Below, piece after piece: positions 13,005-24,640 of a stretch of 64,000 nt of DNA. The notes below the pieces were generated by a model. That model was not told the DNA's origin and did no database searches. It saw nothing but the letters and a program-made list of their open reading frames with translations. A program made the position numbers and the translations under genes. Numbering within the stretch: the first letter of the stretch is position 1; each line of letters begins with the position of its first letter. The stretch comes from Octopus bimaculoides (taxonomy: Eukaryota): positions 79,274,240 through 79,338,239 of the forward strand of contig NC_068981.1 of NCBI RefSeq assembly GCF_001194135.2. Reading direction: 5' to 3'.

Positions 13005-13310
13005 GCGGCTGTGTGGTTACGACTATTCCCCTCCCCAAAACTGCGTGGTTTCAGGTTCAGTTCCACAATGCAGCACCTTTGGCAAATGCCTCCTACTCTA
13101 ACCCCTAGCCGACCAATACCTAGTGAATGAATTTCATAGACGGAAACTGGGTGGAAGACAATCGTATATATACCACCATACCTTAGCGGTTTGACAAAAG
13201 AGACGACAGGATAAGTACAAGACTTAAAATATTGGTGTCGATTTGTTCGACTAAATCTACAAAGCGGTGCTCCAGCATGACTGCGGTCCAATGACTAAAA
13301 CGAGTAAAAG
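13005..13310 (+). mobile_element. SINE family A, diverged copy
   Basis: ggctgtgtggtt..ggttcagttcc..gcaccttggcaaatg..aagcggtgctccagcatg. Confidence 0.75.
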
Positions 13311-13334
13311 ATTACTATTACGGAAAAATACATA

Positions 13335-13502
13335 TGTGGCTGTGTGGTAAGTAGCTTGCTTACTAACAACATGGTTCCGGGTTCAGTCCCACTGCCTGGC
13401 ACCTTGGGCAAGTGTCTTCTACTATAGCCTCGGGCTGACCAAAAGCCTTGTGAGTGGATTTGGTAGACGGAAACTGAAAGAAGCCCGTCGTATATATATA
13501 TG

Positions 13503-13537
<35 letters not shown>

Positions 13538-13740
13538 TTGTGTGTGTATCTGTGTTTGTCCCCTCACCATCGCTTGACAACCGATGTTGGTGCGTTTACG
13601 TCCCCGTAACTTAGCGGTTCGGCAAAAGAAACCAATAGAATAAGTACTAGGCTTACAAAGAATAAGTCCTGGGATCGATTTGCTCGACTAAAGGTGGTGC
13701 TCCAGCATGGCCGCAGTCAAGTAAACGAATAAAAGAAGAA
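13335..13740 (+). mobile_element. SINE family A (tRNA-like head, CORE-like gcaccttgggcaagt, internal (TA)n/(TG)n)
   Basis: Full-length match to copies at 17074 and 49058. Confidence 0.9.
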
Positions 13741-13761
13741 AAGAATATATATAAATATATA

Positions 13762-14132
13762 TTTTTATTTGTTTCAGTCATTTGACTGCGGCCATGCTGG
13801 AGCACTGCCTTTAGTCAAGCAAATCGACCCTAGGACTTATTCTTTGTAAGCCTAGTACTTATTCGATCGGTCTGTTTCGCTGAACCGCTTAGTTACGGGA
13901 ACGTAAACGCACCAGCATCGGTTGTCAAGCGATGCTGGAGGACAAACACACACACACACACGTGTGTGTGTATATATATATATGTGTGTGTATGTATATA
14001 TATATATATATATATATATGACGGGCTTCTTTCAGTTTCTGTCTACCAAATCCACTCACAAGGCTTTGGTCAGCCCAAGGCTATAAGACACTTGCCCAAG
14101 GTGACAGGCAGTGGGACTGAACCCGGAACCAC
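13762..14132 (-). mobile_element. SINE family A, inverted relative to the preceding copy
   Basis: Reverse-complement match; tail-to-tail with 13335-13740. Confidence 0.9.
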
Positions 14133-14336
14133 ATAAAGACGGACGAAATACTGCTATATATTTTACCCGGTATGCTAACGGTTCTTCCAGTCGTCGCCTT
14201 AACGAATTGACTAATAATATTAAAAGAAAGGAATCAGAACCATTACGTGTGTTTATTGACGTAATAACTCTCCCATGACAAAATATATATATATATATAT
14301 ATTGCTGACCTTGTGCCAAAATTTGAAACCAATATA

Positions 14337-15137
14337 CAGGGTACGGTGAATAAATTACGTCTAAATTACGCAAAAATGAAAATAACACTGACACTTCATT
14401 TTAACAGATATATTTACCAAAATTACATGAAAATATCTTGAAATACTAAAAAGTAAATTTATTCAATAAAATCGTCTTTGGCTTCAACCACAACCTCCAG
14501 ATGACTTCGGAATCTCCTGCAACTTTTCTGGACGGTCTCCTTGTTAAGTTGGTGAACCCTGCCATAATTTTTGCCTTCAGCTCATCTTTGGTGTTACAAG
14601 GAGTTTTGTTGGTCTCTCGCTCAAATGTGTCCCACACATAATAATGAAGGGGGTTGCAGTCTGGGGAGTTAGGTGTCCAGATATTAGGGGTGATGTGATC
14701 GCAGAAATTGTCTGACAGCCATGATTGGGTTCTCCTGCTTGTGTGACATAGTGCAGAGTCCTGTTGCTAGACATAGGGTCTTCCAGCAGCTACTCTCTTG
14801 ACCCAGGGCAGCACTACCTCCTCCAGACAGTTGATGTAGGTCTCCGTGTTGAGTCTGAGGCCGTGTGGGAAGATGAATGGAGGCACAACGTTGCTCTCAT
14901 TAGTGATCATTCCAAACACCATGATGTTGACTGGATGTTTGACTTTTATCACTCTCGGTCAGTGGTGGCTCGTTGATAAAATTAGAGGGGGAGGGCTGCT
15001 TCAGAAAATGTTTAGCCATTGTTTTAATATTGTGTAAAAGGAAACAAACATATAAAAAGAAAATTTATACATAAACTTGATCGGTTCGCGTTTTAGTCAC
15101 TGCCGGGTAGTGTGTTTAATTTGTTCACTGAACACCG
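14337..15137 (-). mobile_element. Tc1/mariner maT-type (DD37D) transposon, internally deleted
   Basis: TA plus CAGGGTACGGTGAATAAATT at 14335, matching AATTTGTTCACTGAACACC near 15118-15136. Minus frame RPYV*QQDSALCHTSRRTQSWLSDNFCDHITPNIWTPNSPDCNPLHYYVW has 37 residues between D and the third catalytic position (here CAT, His). Confidence 0.85.
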
Positions 15138-16125
15138 CCGCGAATTCCCCCTTCTTTTTCAAAAATTCCCCTTAAATCACAAAATAAGGGTAGAGTGGGG
15201 GGAATGTGCCGTACTTTTCAAATCCCTGCAGCAACATTGAAGCTGGAAGCAGGATAATAATCTAATTCTACACTTTATCACATTCAAGAATAGAAACACG
15301 TTTTTAAGTACAACACAAGCAGAAACACTACCTTTCACCCGGCACTGTGAAGCTTCCTATCTCGGACATGTGAGCATGCGCATAACAGTCAAACACTGCA
15401 TCGTTGGAACTGTGAAGTGCACAGTTCTATACAGGGATTTTTGTATTTTTTTCATAAACTAGGGGATGGCTGCTGACAGTAATCTTAAGGAGTATATAAT
15501 GTACAAGTATAAAGAAAGAATTAAAGAAAAAAAGGACTCATTATATTGAATGTTATCGATAATATGGAGTGGAAATAGGGGGTGCTGCAGTTCTGCAGTT
15601 CCTATACACGAGCCGCTACTGCTCTCGGTACATGTCCTCAGATTGACACCCAAACACTCTGAACCGTTCGTAATAGAGCTTCCGGCACGGATGCTAAACA
15701 GCACAGCTTGTGGTTAGCAAATTTCTGGCAGCGTGAATTGCGCCATGGTGTTTTTCTCACAGGCGGTGCCCAACGGACCCTACTATATTGTGTAGTCAAC
15801 AAAATCAAAAACAAACAATGCGCATATGCGAAAATAATATAAAATGGCGACAATTGACACCGGGTAAAATATATAACGGTATTTCATCCTTTCGGAGACG
15901 ATAAGATAAGTATCTATTGAACACGGGGGTTGATGTAATCGACTTACCCCCTCCCCCGAAATTGCTGACCTTGTGCCAACATTTGAAATTCAAAATCCGT
16001 ATTTGTCAATTCGTTAAGCAATTAACTAATTGATTGTTTGGTTGATCATTCGGTCACTCAATCGGTTAAGTTTATCAAAGTCCTTTCATCGCCATTCGCG
16101 ACTTCACCAATGACACTCTCTGTCT

Positions 16126-16165
16126 GTCTGTCTCTCTGTCTCTCTCTCTCTCTCTGTTTCTCTTT

Positions 16166-16212
<47 letters not shown>
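16126..16212. repeat. (CT)n and (CTA)n microsatellites
   Basis: Direct reading. Confidence 0.9.
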
Positions 16213-16234
<22 letters not shown>

Positions 16235-16387
16235 TACGTCTGCTTCTTCGGGTCGGTCTGTTTCAGACACAAACACAGATACGAATTTGGGTGTAATATT
16301 TTAATATTTCAATGTATATCTACTGATCGACTATTTGTAGATTGTCTATGCCTATTAGACTCTCCCCTGCATAATATTCATTATGTG

Positions 16388-16692
<305 letters not shown>

Positions 16693-16916
16693 TACAATTA
16701 AGAAGAAAGGACGCCGTACAAAACAAACTGGAAACTGTTACAACAGTCTGGGCCATGCTTGTGGATGTTGCAAGCTTTGCTTTACAGGTGGGAGGGTCGT
16801 TTTAAAGAAATCACACGATTCGGGTGCCTCCTTGAACTGAAAAGGTGAAATATTTCGTAGCCATGTCATCATGACAGAAAATTCACATTAAGAACGTGGT
16901 CGTCTTCCTTTACGAA

Positions 16917-16989
16917 CTATAGACCTCCAGCTGACTTTTTTCGGCCACCGCCGACATTGTCCCATGGGAGGAAACTCTTACTTTCCTCC
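16917..16989 (-). CDS. Candidate exon 2 of a small secreted peptide precursor (speculative)
   Basis: Acceptor ttattttcag|GGAGG; phase-compatible with the donor at 17982; encodes EESKSFLPWDNVGGGRKKSAGGL*. Confidence 0.2.
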
Positions 16990-17073
16990 CTGAAAATAAC
17001 TTTTCACCACTTTTTTTTTCTTTTTTTATTTTTTTTTGCTCAGCTTTTTATCATCATACGGCGAACTGTATAT

Positions 17074-17468
17074 TTACTCTTTACTCTTTTACTTGTTTCA
17101 GTCATTTGACTGCAGCCATGCTGGAGCACCGCCTTTAGTCGAGAAAATCGACCCCAGGACTTATTCTTTGTAAGCCTAGTACTTATACTATCGGACTCTT
17201 TTGCCGAACCGCTAAGTTACGGGGACGTAAACACACCAGCATCGGTTGTCAAGCGATGGTGGGGGAACAACCACAGACACACAAACACACATACATATAT
17301 ATATACATACATATATACGACAGGCTTCTTTCAGTTTCCGTCTACCAAATCCACTCATAAGGCTTTGGTCGGCCCGAGGCTATAGTAGAAGACACTTGCC
17401 CAAGGTGCCACACAGTGGGACTGAAACCGGAACCATGCGGTTGGTAGGCAAGCTACTTACCACACAGC
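17074..17468 (-). mobile_element. SINE family A
   Basis: Full-length reverse-complement match with a ttactc-repeat tail. Confidence 0.9.
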
Positions 17469-17489
17469 TAAACTGAAAAATATTTTCAC

Positions 17490-17603
17490 AAATCTTTACA
17501 AACTCTAACTCGAAGTTTCGCGATACTGTTCGTCGGACAGTTGTGATCGCATCTGTCCGACGAATGGTAACGTGAAACTCTGAGTAACAGTTTGTAAAGA
17601 TTT
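17490..17603 (+). other. 114-nt near-perfect hairpin (MITE or pre-miRNA-like)
   Basis: Arms 17490-17544 and 17549-17603 pair over 55 positions: 5 G-U, 5 mismatches; core TTCGTCGGACAG/CTGTCCGACGAA is perfect. Confidence 0.8.
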
Positions 17604-17981
17604 TTTTCAACTTTAATAAACTCTAACTTCGGTATACGAGTACTTGTTTTTTTTTCCACTTTGTTTTGCATTTATGCGCTTACTCGTGTGTGTGTGTTTG
17701 TGTGTGTGTTTGGAGAAACCAAGGACCTTCGCTCATACACTTTAACACTGAGGATGCAACCGTGCATAAACAGTGGAAATTTAAGACTGCTCCTATCTGT
17801 GCGATAGTTCTATAGCAACAATACTGTCTTCTGTTTGAGGTTTGAAGAAGTTCGAATCCCGACTTGATCTATTTCCAACAGTGTCCGCACACTTAAATAG
17901 AACTAAGTAGAGGAAAAAAGGAAAGAAAAAAAACAAGAAGTGCGTATGCTAATGAAAATATTTATACCGTAGGCGCATTAC

Positions 17982-18064
17982 CCACCTTGACAGCGGGTAA
18001 ACAAGCTGACTATACAGACATAGAGGGCGTTACACAACATTAAGATTCCGACGAGTGACCTCAT
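17982..18064 (-). CDS. Candidate first coding exon encoding a signal-peptide-like sequence (speculative)
   Basis: MRSLVGILMLCNALYVCIVSLFTRCQG followed by donor GG|GTAATG; an alternative donor CAAG|GTGGGT lies 4 nt earlier. Confidence 0.3.
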
Positions 18065-18590
18065 CTCATTCTTTTTCTGCACTAACACGCAAGCAATGAG
18101 CACGGACGCAACTTGACTGGCTTTTATCTTATGCCACAGGCCAGCTTGCAGAGAGGAGCATATCACAGAAGACCATGGCCTTTACACACCAACCATTCTA
18201 TTTATCATTCCATTGTGTATATACGTGTGGCCACAATAAAAGTGTTTAAGTTAAAACCTTGCTTGTATATGTTTTTCATCCAGGTTTACTACCAGCGAGA
18301 TTAGCCTTCTGAGAGACATATTAGGTGGTCCAACGACGACGAACACCATCTAAAATTATGACCACCGACGTGAAAATAAACATATCTATCTAAAATGGTA
18401 ATCCAACGTGGGAAATGAACAAATTCATCTAAAATGGTGAACACCGGATGAATACAGACCAGTGAATACATATTCCCTTTTCTCTTTCGCGACTTTGGCT
18501 ACGCAACCAAATCGTCTCTCGTCATATAGGAACATACTACAACTGATGTCTCTCGCCTCCATATTGTCTTTTTCACCAGGAAAATTTTGA

Positions 18591-18599
18591 CGCCATTTT
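18591..18599 (-). promoter_or_regulatory. YY1-like motif (AAAATGGCG) in a CpG-retaining, repeat-poor stretch
   Basis: cgccatttt on the + strand; motif only, no functional evidence. Confidence 0.25.
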
Positions 18600-18984
18600 C
18601 AAGCGGGAAACTGCAAATCGTTTTTCTTCGGGTTGTAACCGAAGATACAACTTGGTCATTTGAAGACACAGCATCCCAGAGAATTTTCTTCTTACTTATA
18701 AAAAAAAGGGGTCGATTATCCGGAGTGGGAGAATGTAACGAGAATGGCCCGAATGAATGGACATATTCTAAACATGCGCCTGTAGGCTGAAAATTACGAA
18801 GGAGAGAGGAGCACTTGCCATAGTACTTCCGGTAAGCAGGGTGACCCTGGATCTATGGAGTTCCTTGGTCAACCCGAGAAGTGTCCTCCCTCAAATAGGG
18901 AATTTTGTTGTAATTCTTCTGTTGTTATTATTCCCGCTATCCTTTGTTTTCACATTGCTCTAAATGCTTTTTGCAGTCTTTGTG

Positions 18985-20830
18985 GTCGAGCTGGCAAAAT
19001 CGTTAGCACAGTATTTCGTCCGTCTTTACGTTTTGAGTTCAAATTCCGCCGAGGTCGACTTTACCTTTCATCCTTTCGGGGGTCGATGTAATAGACTGCT
19101 CCCTTCCTCCAAATTTCAGGCCTTGAAATCGATAGCACGCCGGGAAAATGCTTAGAGGTGTCTTTACGTTCTGAGTCCAAATCCTGCCGAAGTCGACTTT
19201 GTCTTTGACCCTTTCGGGATCGATTAAATAAGTACCAGTTAAGCACTGGATTCGATGTAATTGACTATTCCCCTCCCCCAAAATGTCAGGCCTTGTGCCT
19301 ATAGTTGTTGTTTGTTTGTTCCTTCTCGACCCGTGCCTGGTTCATAAGGGCCGGTTTCGGTTTCCCAGTTTCATTGGCGTATAGGTTCCTTACCTGGACG
19401 AGACGCCGGTCCGTCGCAGGTGAGCTGCTAGATGCAGGAGGAAAGAGCGAGAGAAAGTTGTGGCAAAAGAGTCAGCAGAAGTTCGCCATTACCTTCTGCC
19501 GGAGCCGCGTGGAGCTTAAATGTTTCGCTCATAAACACACACATCGCCCGGTCTGAGATTAGAACCCGCGATCCCTTGACCGCGAGGTCTGCTGCTCTAA
19601 CCACAAGGCCATGTGCGTCCACTGTGCCTATAGTAGAAAGAATTATTACTATTAAAGTGGTGAGGTGGCAGAGTTGTGAGAGCTTCGGAAAAAAATGCTT
19701 TGCGGTATTTCTTCCGACTCACAACGTTCTGAGCTCAAATTCCACCGAGGTCGACTTTGCCTTTCATCTTTTCGGGGTTAATAAAATAAATATCAGATCG
19801 ATGTAATCGATTTACACCCTCCTCTAAAATTGTTGGCTTTGAGCCAAAATTAGAAACAATAATATTGCTAAGGCGATGGAAACCGGTGAGGTGGCAGCTT
19901 CATTAACATGTCGGATAAAATACTGAGCGGCATTTCTTCTAGCTCTTTTACGTTCTGAGCTCAAATCTCGTCTGGGTCAGCTTAGTCTTTCATCACTCCA
20001 GGGTTGATGAAATAAAGTACCAGTCGATCCTAGGGTCACGAAATTGGGTAACTCCCTCCCACTAAAATTACAGGCCGTGTGCCAAAAATTTGAAATCATT
20101 TAAGGTGGCAAGCAAACAGAATCGTCAGCGCAACGGACAAAATGTTTAGCTGCATTTCTTCCGGCCCCTTACGTTCTATGTTCAAATTCCGCTGAGGTCG
20201 ACTTTGCCTTTCATCCTTTTGGCGTTGATAAAATAAAGTACCAGTTGAGCACTGGGTCGATGTAATCAACTGACCTCCCCACCAACAAACATTTCAGGCC
20301 TGGTTCCTATAGTAGAAAGAAAAAAAATTATTTGCCAGAATCGTTAGAGCGGCAGTCAAAATGTCTTATAGATTTGTTTAGCAGTTCCTTATAGTCTGAG
20401 ACCAAATTATGTTGAGATCAATTTTGACTTTCATGCCTCCGGGGTCGATAAAATGAAATATCAGTGAAGTACAAGGGTTGGTACAATCGATTATTGCCGT
20501 CCTTCAAATTTCAAACCATGTGCCTATGTCAGAAACACATATTCGGATGTGAATTGTCAAAATCGTTGCAGTATTTCTTTCGGAACTTTACGTTCTGCGT
20601 TCGATTCCTGTTGTGGCTAAGTTTGCCTTTCATCATTCCAGGGTCAATAAAACAAACAACTAGAACTGGGATCGACGTAACTGAATTTTTCCCTCAAATT
20701 TCAGGTCTTATACCTGTGTCAGAAACGATTATTATTTCAGCTGGCAGGATCGTTAAATACCACGGACAAAAATGTTTAGCGGCATTTTCCCCGACTTCGC
20801 TCTTCATCCTTTCAGAGACCCAATAAAAAA
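18985..20830 (+). mobile_element. Tandem cluster of about 8 SINE family B copies of varying divergence
   Basis: Repeated gctggcagaatcgttag..gttctgagttcaaattcc..gactttgcctttcatc..ccagttg..gtcgatgtaa modules starting near 18985, 19130, 19655, 19885, 20100, 20335, 20550 and 20740. Confidence 0.85.
19306..19622 (-). mobile_element. SINE family D (tRNA-derived head) with 12-bp TSD
   Basis: TGTGCCTATAGT at 19294-19305 and 19623-19634; head tggccttgtggttagagcagcag..gggttctaatc; (aac) tail; interrupts a family B tail. Confidence 0.85.
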
Positions 20831-21778
20831 AAAGAACTTGTTATGTATTGGATTCGATTCGCTTGATGAATACAACTCTCTTTTCTAAAAACAAATTTGG
20901 CACAGTGCCAGGTCGAAAGTAAACCTTATTAGCATAAGTAATTTGATCTTTTGTTTGTTCCACATGAAGGACGACTACTTACAATAACTAACAAGTTTGA
21001 AGAATTTTCGGAATAGTAAAAATAACCTAGCGATGCAAGCAAATAATGAGAACTATATAGCTGTTGGATAGAATATGTATATTTCGTTTGTTATTTTGCA
21101 CACTAAATAAAGATTACATATATTACTCGTTATTTTGTATATAGGTTACAGTCTGATTAGTTCTACAACCCTGTTGGAACTTCGGGGACAGCACTGAAAA
21201 CTCAAAAATGTTCATGTATTGATTCTTGAGAGTAATATACACTGAGCGTTTTCTGTGAATAAGCATTACTGCTACTTCTTGTTACCTTCTCCGAATTGCT
21301 TATTTAAGCCCTGTAAAGTTAACTAATTCTCCAATTATACAATACTCCTTCCTTCTTTTGTTAACTCAATTTCTTGAAATAGACAAACTTGACTCAGTTT
21401 TCCATATAGGGATACTAATTTAGTAACTATTTAAAACTACATTTAGGGACTGATTTATATCATTTTTCTGTAAACTTTCACTTCTCCATCAAAATTAAAT
21501 GTACCTTCCCTCCCCAGGGCGATCTAGTACCTTATTATTGCTCTTTTGTCTTACTTTTTTTAAGACCGAGGTACGTGGTTTGATAGAGATTTGACAGCTA
21601 AATCTACCAGGTTAACCAAGTGCGAAGAAACTCCCTCAATGGCTTCATTCCCTTGTTAACTAGAGCCCCCTTCTACTCGAGCCGGATAAGCCTTAAAGAA
21701 GACATATACCTAACTAACAGCAGTATCAATAGCTTCATTAACTCTTACATTGCATTGGGAGACACATCACCAACAAGC

Positions 21779-22489
21779 AGTGGCGTAGTTAGAGTGTATG
21801 CTGCCCGGGATGCGAAATGTTTTTTTGTTTTTTTTCTCACGAGAGTTACAGACCCCAGTTATGTACTCACTTGCATACAGCCAATCAGAGTTCAAATACC
21901 AAACTAATTTATGAGCGCATAACAAGTGATGGGCGATAAGATAAGGTCACCTGGGTAAGGAATGCCTATGCTTGTTTTCTTTTTTAAGAATGCTTATTGT
22001 TCTTGTTCTTGTTTCAACCAGGGCTGCATCTGCGTAGTTATTTGTGTTGTTGTTTACTTTGTAAAACAGTAAGGAGAGAGGGTTGCTAGCACATCACCCT
22101 CTACCCACATTTTTCCTATCCACATCTTTACCATATGGAGCCCTAACAAAATCCGATAATAGGTATAGATGCAAATCTATCTAATTACTTGTCTCCTTCT
22201 AAAATCAGGCACACCGTTCTTCGTCTTGAGTTTACTTGGTAGAGTGTGTTTGTTAACTTGACATGGTCAAGGTGAGCTCTGATTGGTTGTATGTAAATGA
22301 GTTCATTACTGGGGTCCGGAACTCTCGTGGGAAAAAAGATTTCGCGCCCGAGACGGCTCCTGAGTTTGCACTCTCCTCCCACCTACATACCTATACAGGC
22401 TCATGCAAAAACCCAAATGTGACATCACCATAAAGGCGCCGCCTAGGGCAGACCGCCCTCACTGCCCCTCCCCTCATGCTACACTTACT
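21779..22489. mobile_element. MITE-like element with cagtggcgtag-type ends and a subterminal inverted repeat
   Basis: Left cagtggcgtagttagagtgtatgctgccc (related end at 47900-47935); right gctacacttact; inverted pair 21831-21895 and 22271-22336. Confidence 0.5.
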
Positions 22490-22704
22490 ACCAATAGCCG
22501 TTAAAGAACTACTGTGGCGCTCAATCCAAGTAATATACAAAAACAGACAACTAAGGGGACGGGATCCCAAACTTCCGAGCTGCACCCCCCCCCATACACT
22601 ATATGACCTCCACAAAACGAAGGAAGGGTATATCTGGAGAAATGGATTTATTGTCCCCACTTAGCCGTTACGAACTACGTATATGTGACCCTACCCCCTT
22701 AACG

Positions 22705-22925
22705 ACATGCCCGTCGCTAAGGGGGTTGGGTCACTGGATGGCACTGCATCTTCACTATTCAATGTGCACCCTCAGATGTAGAAAATACAGCTTACAAAAA
22801 TCTTCTTGCAGTACACTTATTGAAGTTTGACTAACATGCCTGTCGTTAATGAGTGCACTGAGTGGCACTTCCCCCTCACTATTCAATGGTGCACCCTCAA
22901 ATCAAGAAAATACAGTTTACAAAAC
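22705..22925. repeat. Two diverged direct repeats, period about 125 bp
   Basis: acatgcc.gtcg.taa..cactg..tggcact..tcactattcaatg.tgcaccctca..gaaaatacag.ttacaaaa occurs twice. Confidence 0.75.
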
Positions 22926-24119
22926 TTAGTGCCCACTCAGAATATCCTGAAGCGCTCCCGGGAACCAAATTCTGGCGACGAGCCTGCTGCTCGATCAATA
23001 CTGACCAAGCGTTAAACAAGAACTAGATATTCTCACCACCGCTCTAACACAAAACCCAAGGAGCCGTGCCGCTGATTAAGAAGCCCTGGGTTTGAAGTTC
23101 CCGAGTCTCTGCTAAATAGAATGTAGCCGTAGAATTTCTGTTTTTAAAAAAGTGGTAGATATGAAGAAATGATAAAAGAAAACACGATATTAAGATGATG
23201 ATGCATATATTTACTACTTAATTTATTAAATTTGTCGCCAAGCTGGAAGTCGAGAAACGGGTTTATTGCAATGGTTATTAACAAGCTCTTACGTGTTTGA
23301 AAAAACTACCAGTTAGGATTATGGCAAGATTATAGTTCCATGCAAAACTATTCTGTGTATGCATCAATCCCCGTAGTGAAAGGGACCAGCAGTCGAAAAA
23401 AGGATGTCACTTATGAGGTTTCAGTTCCTCGTTAAAGTAGTGTCATTTATTTAGGCACTATTCTTGAGAAAGACGTATGACCCTGAGAAAGACATCATAA
23501 TGTTTACAATATCCATCGCTTTTAATGTAAAGTTTTAGTATGCCGTCAAAATAAACTAGTTCCTGTAGCTGGGGGGGGGGGGTCCGAGAAAATAATGATT
23601 TCTAAGTTGGCATAAGGCCAACGCTAACCCAACCCTCTTTGCACCATGGGCCTGTTTCACGCAAAACAATTTCATCACGGAACGAGATGTCATGCGCATA
23701 ACAAAACACAATAAAGTGCATAATACATACATAAACTTTTAAAATTCATTCTTTCTATGCGGACTGTACCAAATGATCCACTAGCTGGTGGATGGGTATC
23801 CCTGTTGTAGATGACAGATGTAGTGGTTCACGCAGGTATAGCATGGATTCGATCCTCGATCGCCAAATTTTACTTAACAGTTCAACAGCACATTTCTCAC
23901 GGTAAAACAATAGTTTTTCTGTGAGTGACAGCAGTGACAGATGTCTTCGCTTGGCAGATTAATGTCTTTGCCACTGGACCCTCCTAACCTCTTCTAGGCC
24001 ACCAAAAGCTAGAATAGAGATAACAGACCGCCAACGAAATCTATTGTTCTCAACAATATGTCTCTCCTTTGGTTTTGAAGAGTTATAAAAACAAGAACTC
24101 CGTAAGCCAAAATCAGTTA

Positions 24120-24640
24120 GTGAAAACCCCGAGTATGCCAGACTTGTTTGAGAACATACTGGCTGGTTTATACGTGAACTGGTAGCAGAACGGGAGAATT
24201 CCCATATCTGTCAGCCGGGGAGTAGTAACACTGATCAGGAAGGACTCGAGCAAGGGGGATAACATTAATAATTTCAGGCCCATAACTCTGCTAAACACAG
24301 AGTTAAAGATTTTGGCCAAGGTGTTAGCCAAGAGAGTGAAGCTTGTCGTGGGCGACCTGGTGGGAGAGGCGCAGACATGCACCATCCCAGGTAGGACAAT
24401 ACACGACAACCTTCACCTCATACGCTACACTATAGAGAGGGTGGGTATAATTTCTGGCAAAGGTGGGGCACTGGTGAATTTAGACCAGTCTAAGGCATTC
24501 GATAGTATTGACTATCGGTATCTGGTGGCGGTCCTCCGGGTGGTCGGACTGGGCCCGACTTTCCGAGGATGGATCAATGCTATATATAGCGACATTGACT
24601 CAGTCTCGAAACTGTTCGTGATCGAGCGTTCAGTTCGCCA
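24120..24640 (+). mobile_element. L1/Tx1-clade LINE reverse transcriptase fragment
   Basis: FRPITLLNTELKILAKVLAKRVKLVVGDLVGEAQTCTIPGRTIHDNLHLIR..LDQSKAFDSIDYRYL; truncated at both ends. Confidence 0.9.

Noticed and set aside
16940-17005. HDV-like ribozyme using the 9-bp stem as P4
   Set aside because: No convincing P1, P2 or P3 pseudoknot pairing or catalytic C could be assigned.
18985-20830. CRISPR-like array or satellite
   Set aside because: Units are ~200-bp diverged SINEs with no constant short repeat and unique spacer pattern; the context is eukaryotic.
23230-23320. Helitron helicase motif (IAMVINK, similar to FAMTINK)
   Set aside because: Match too short, and the flanking motifs are absent.
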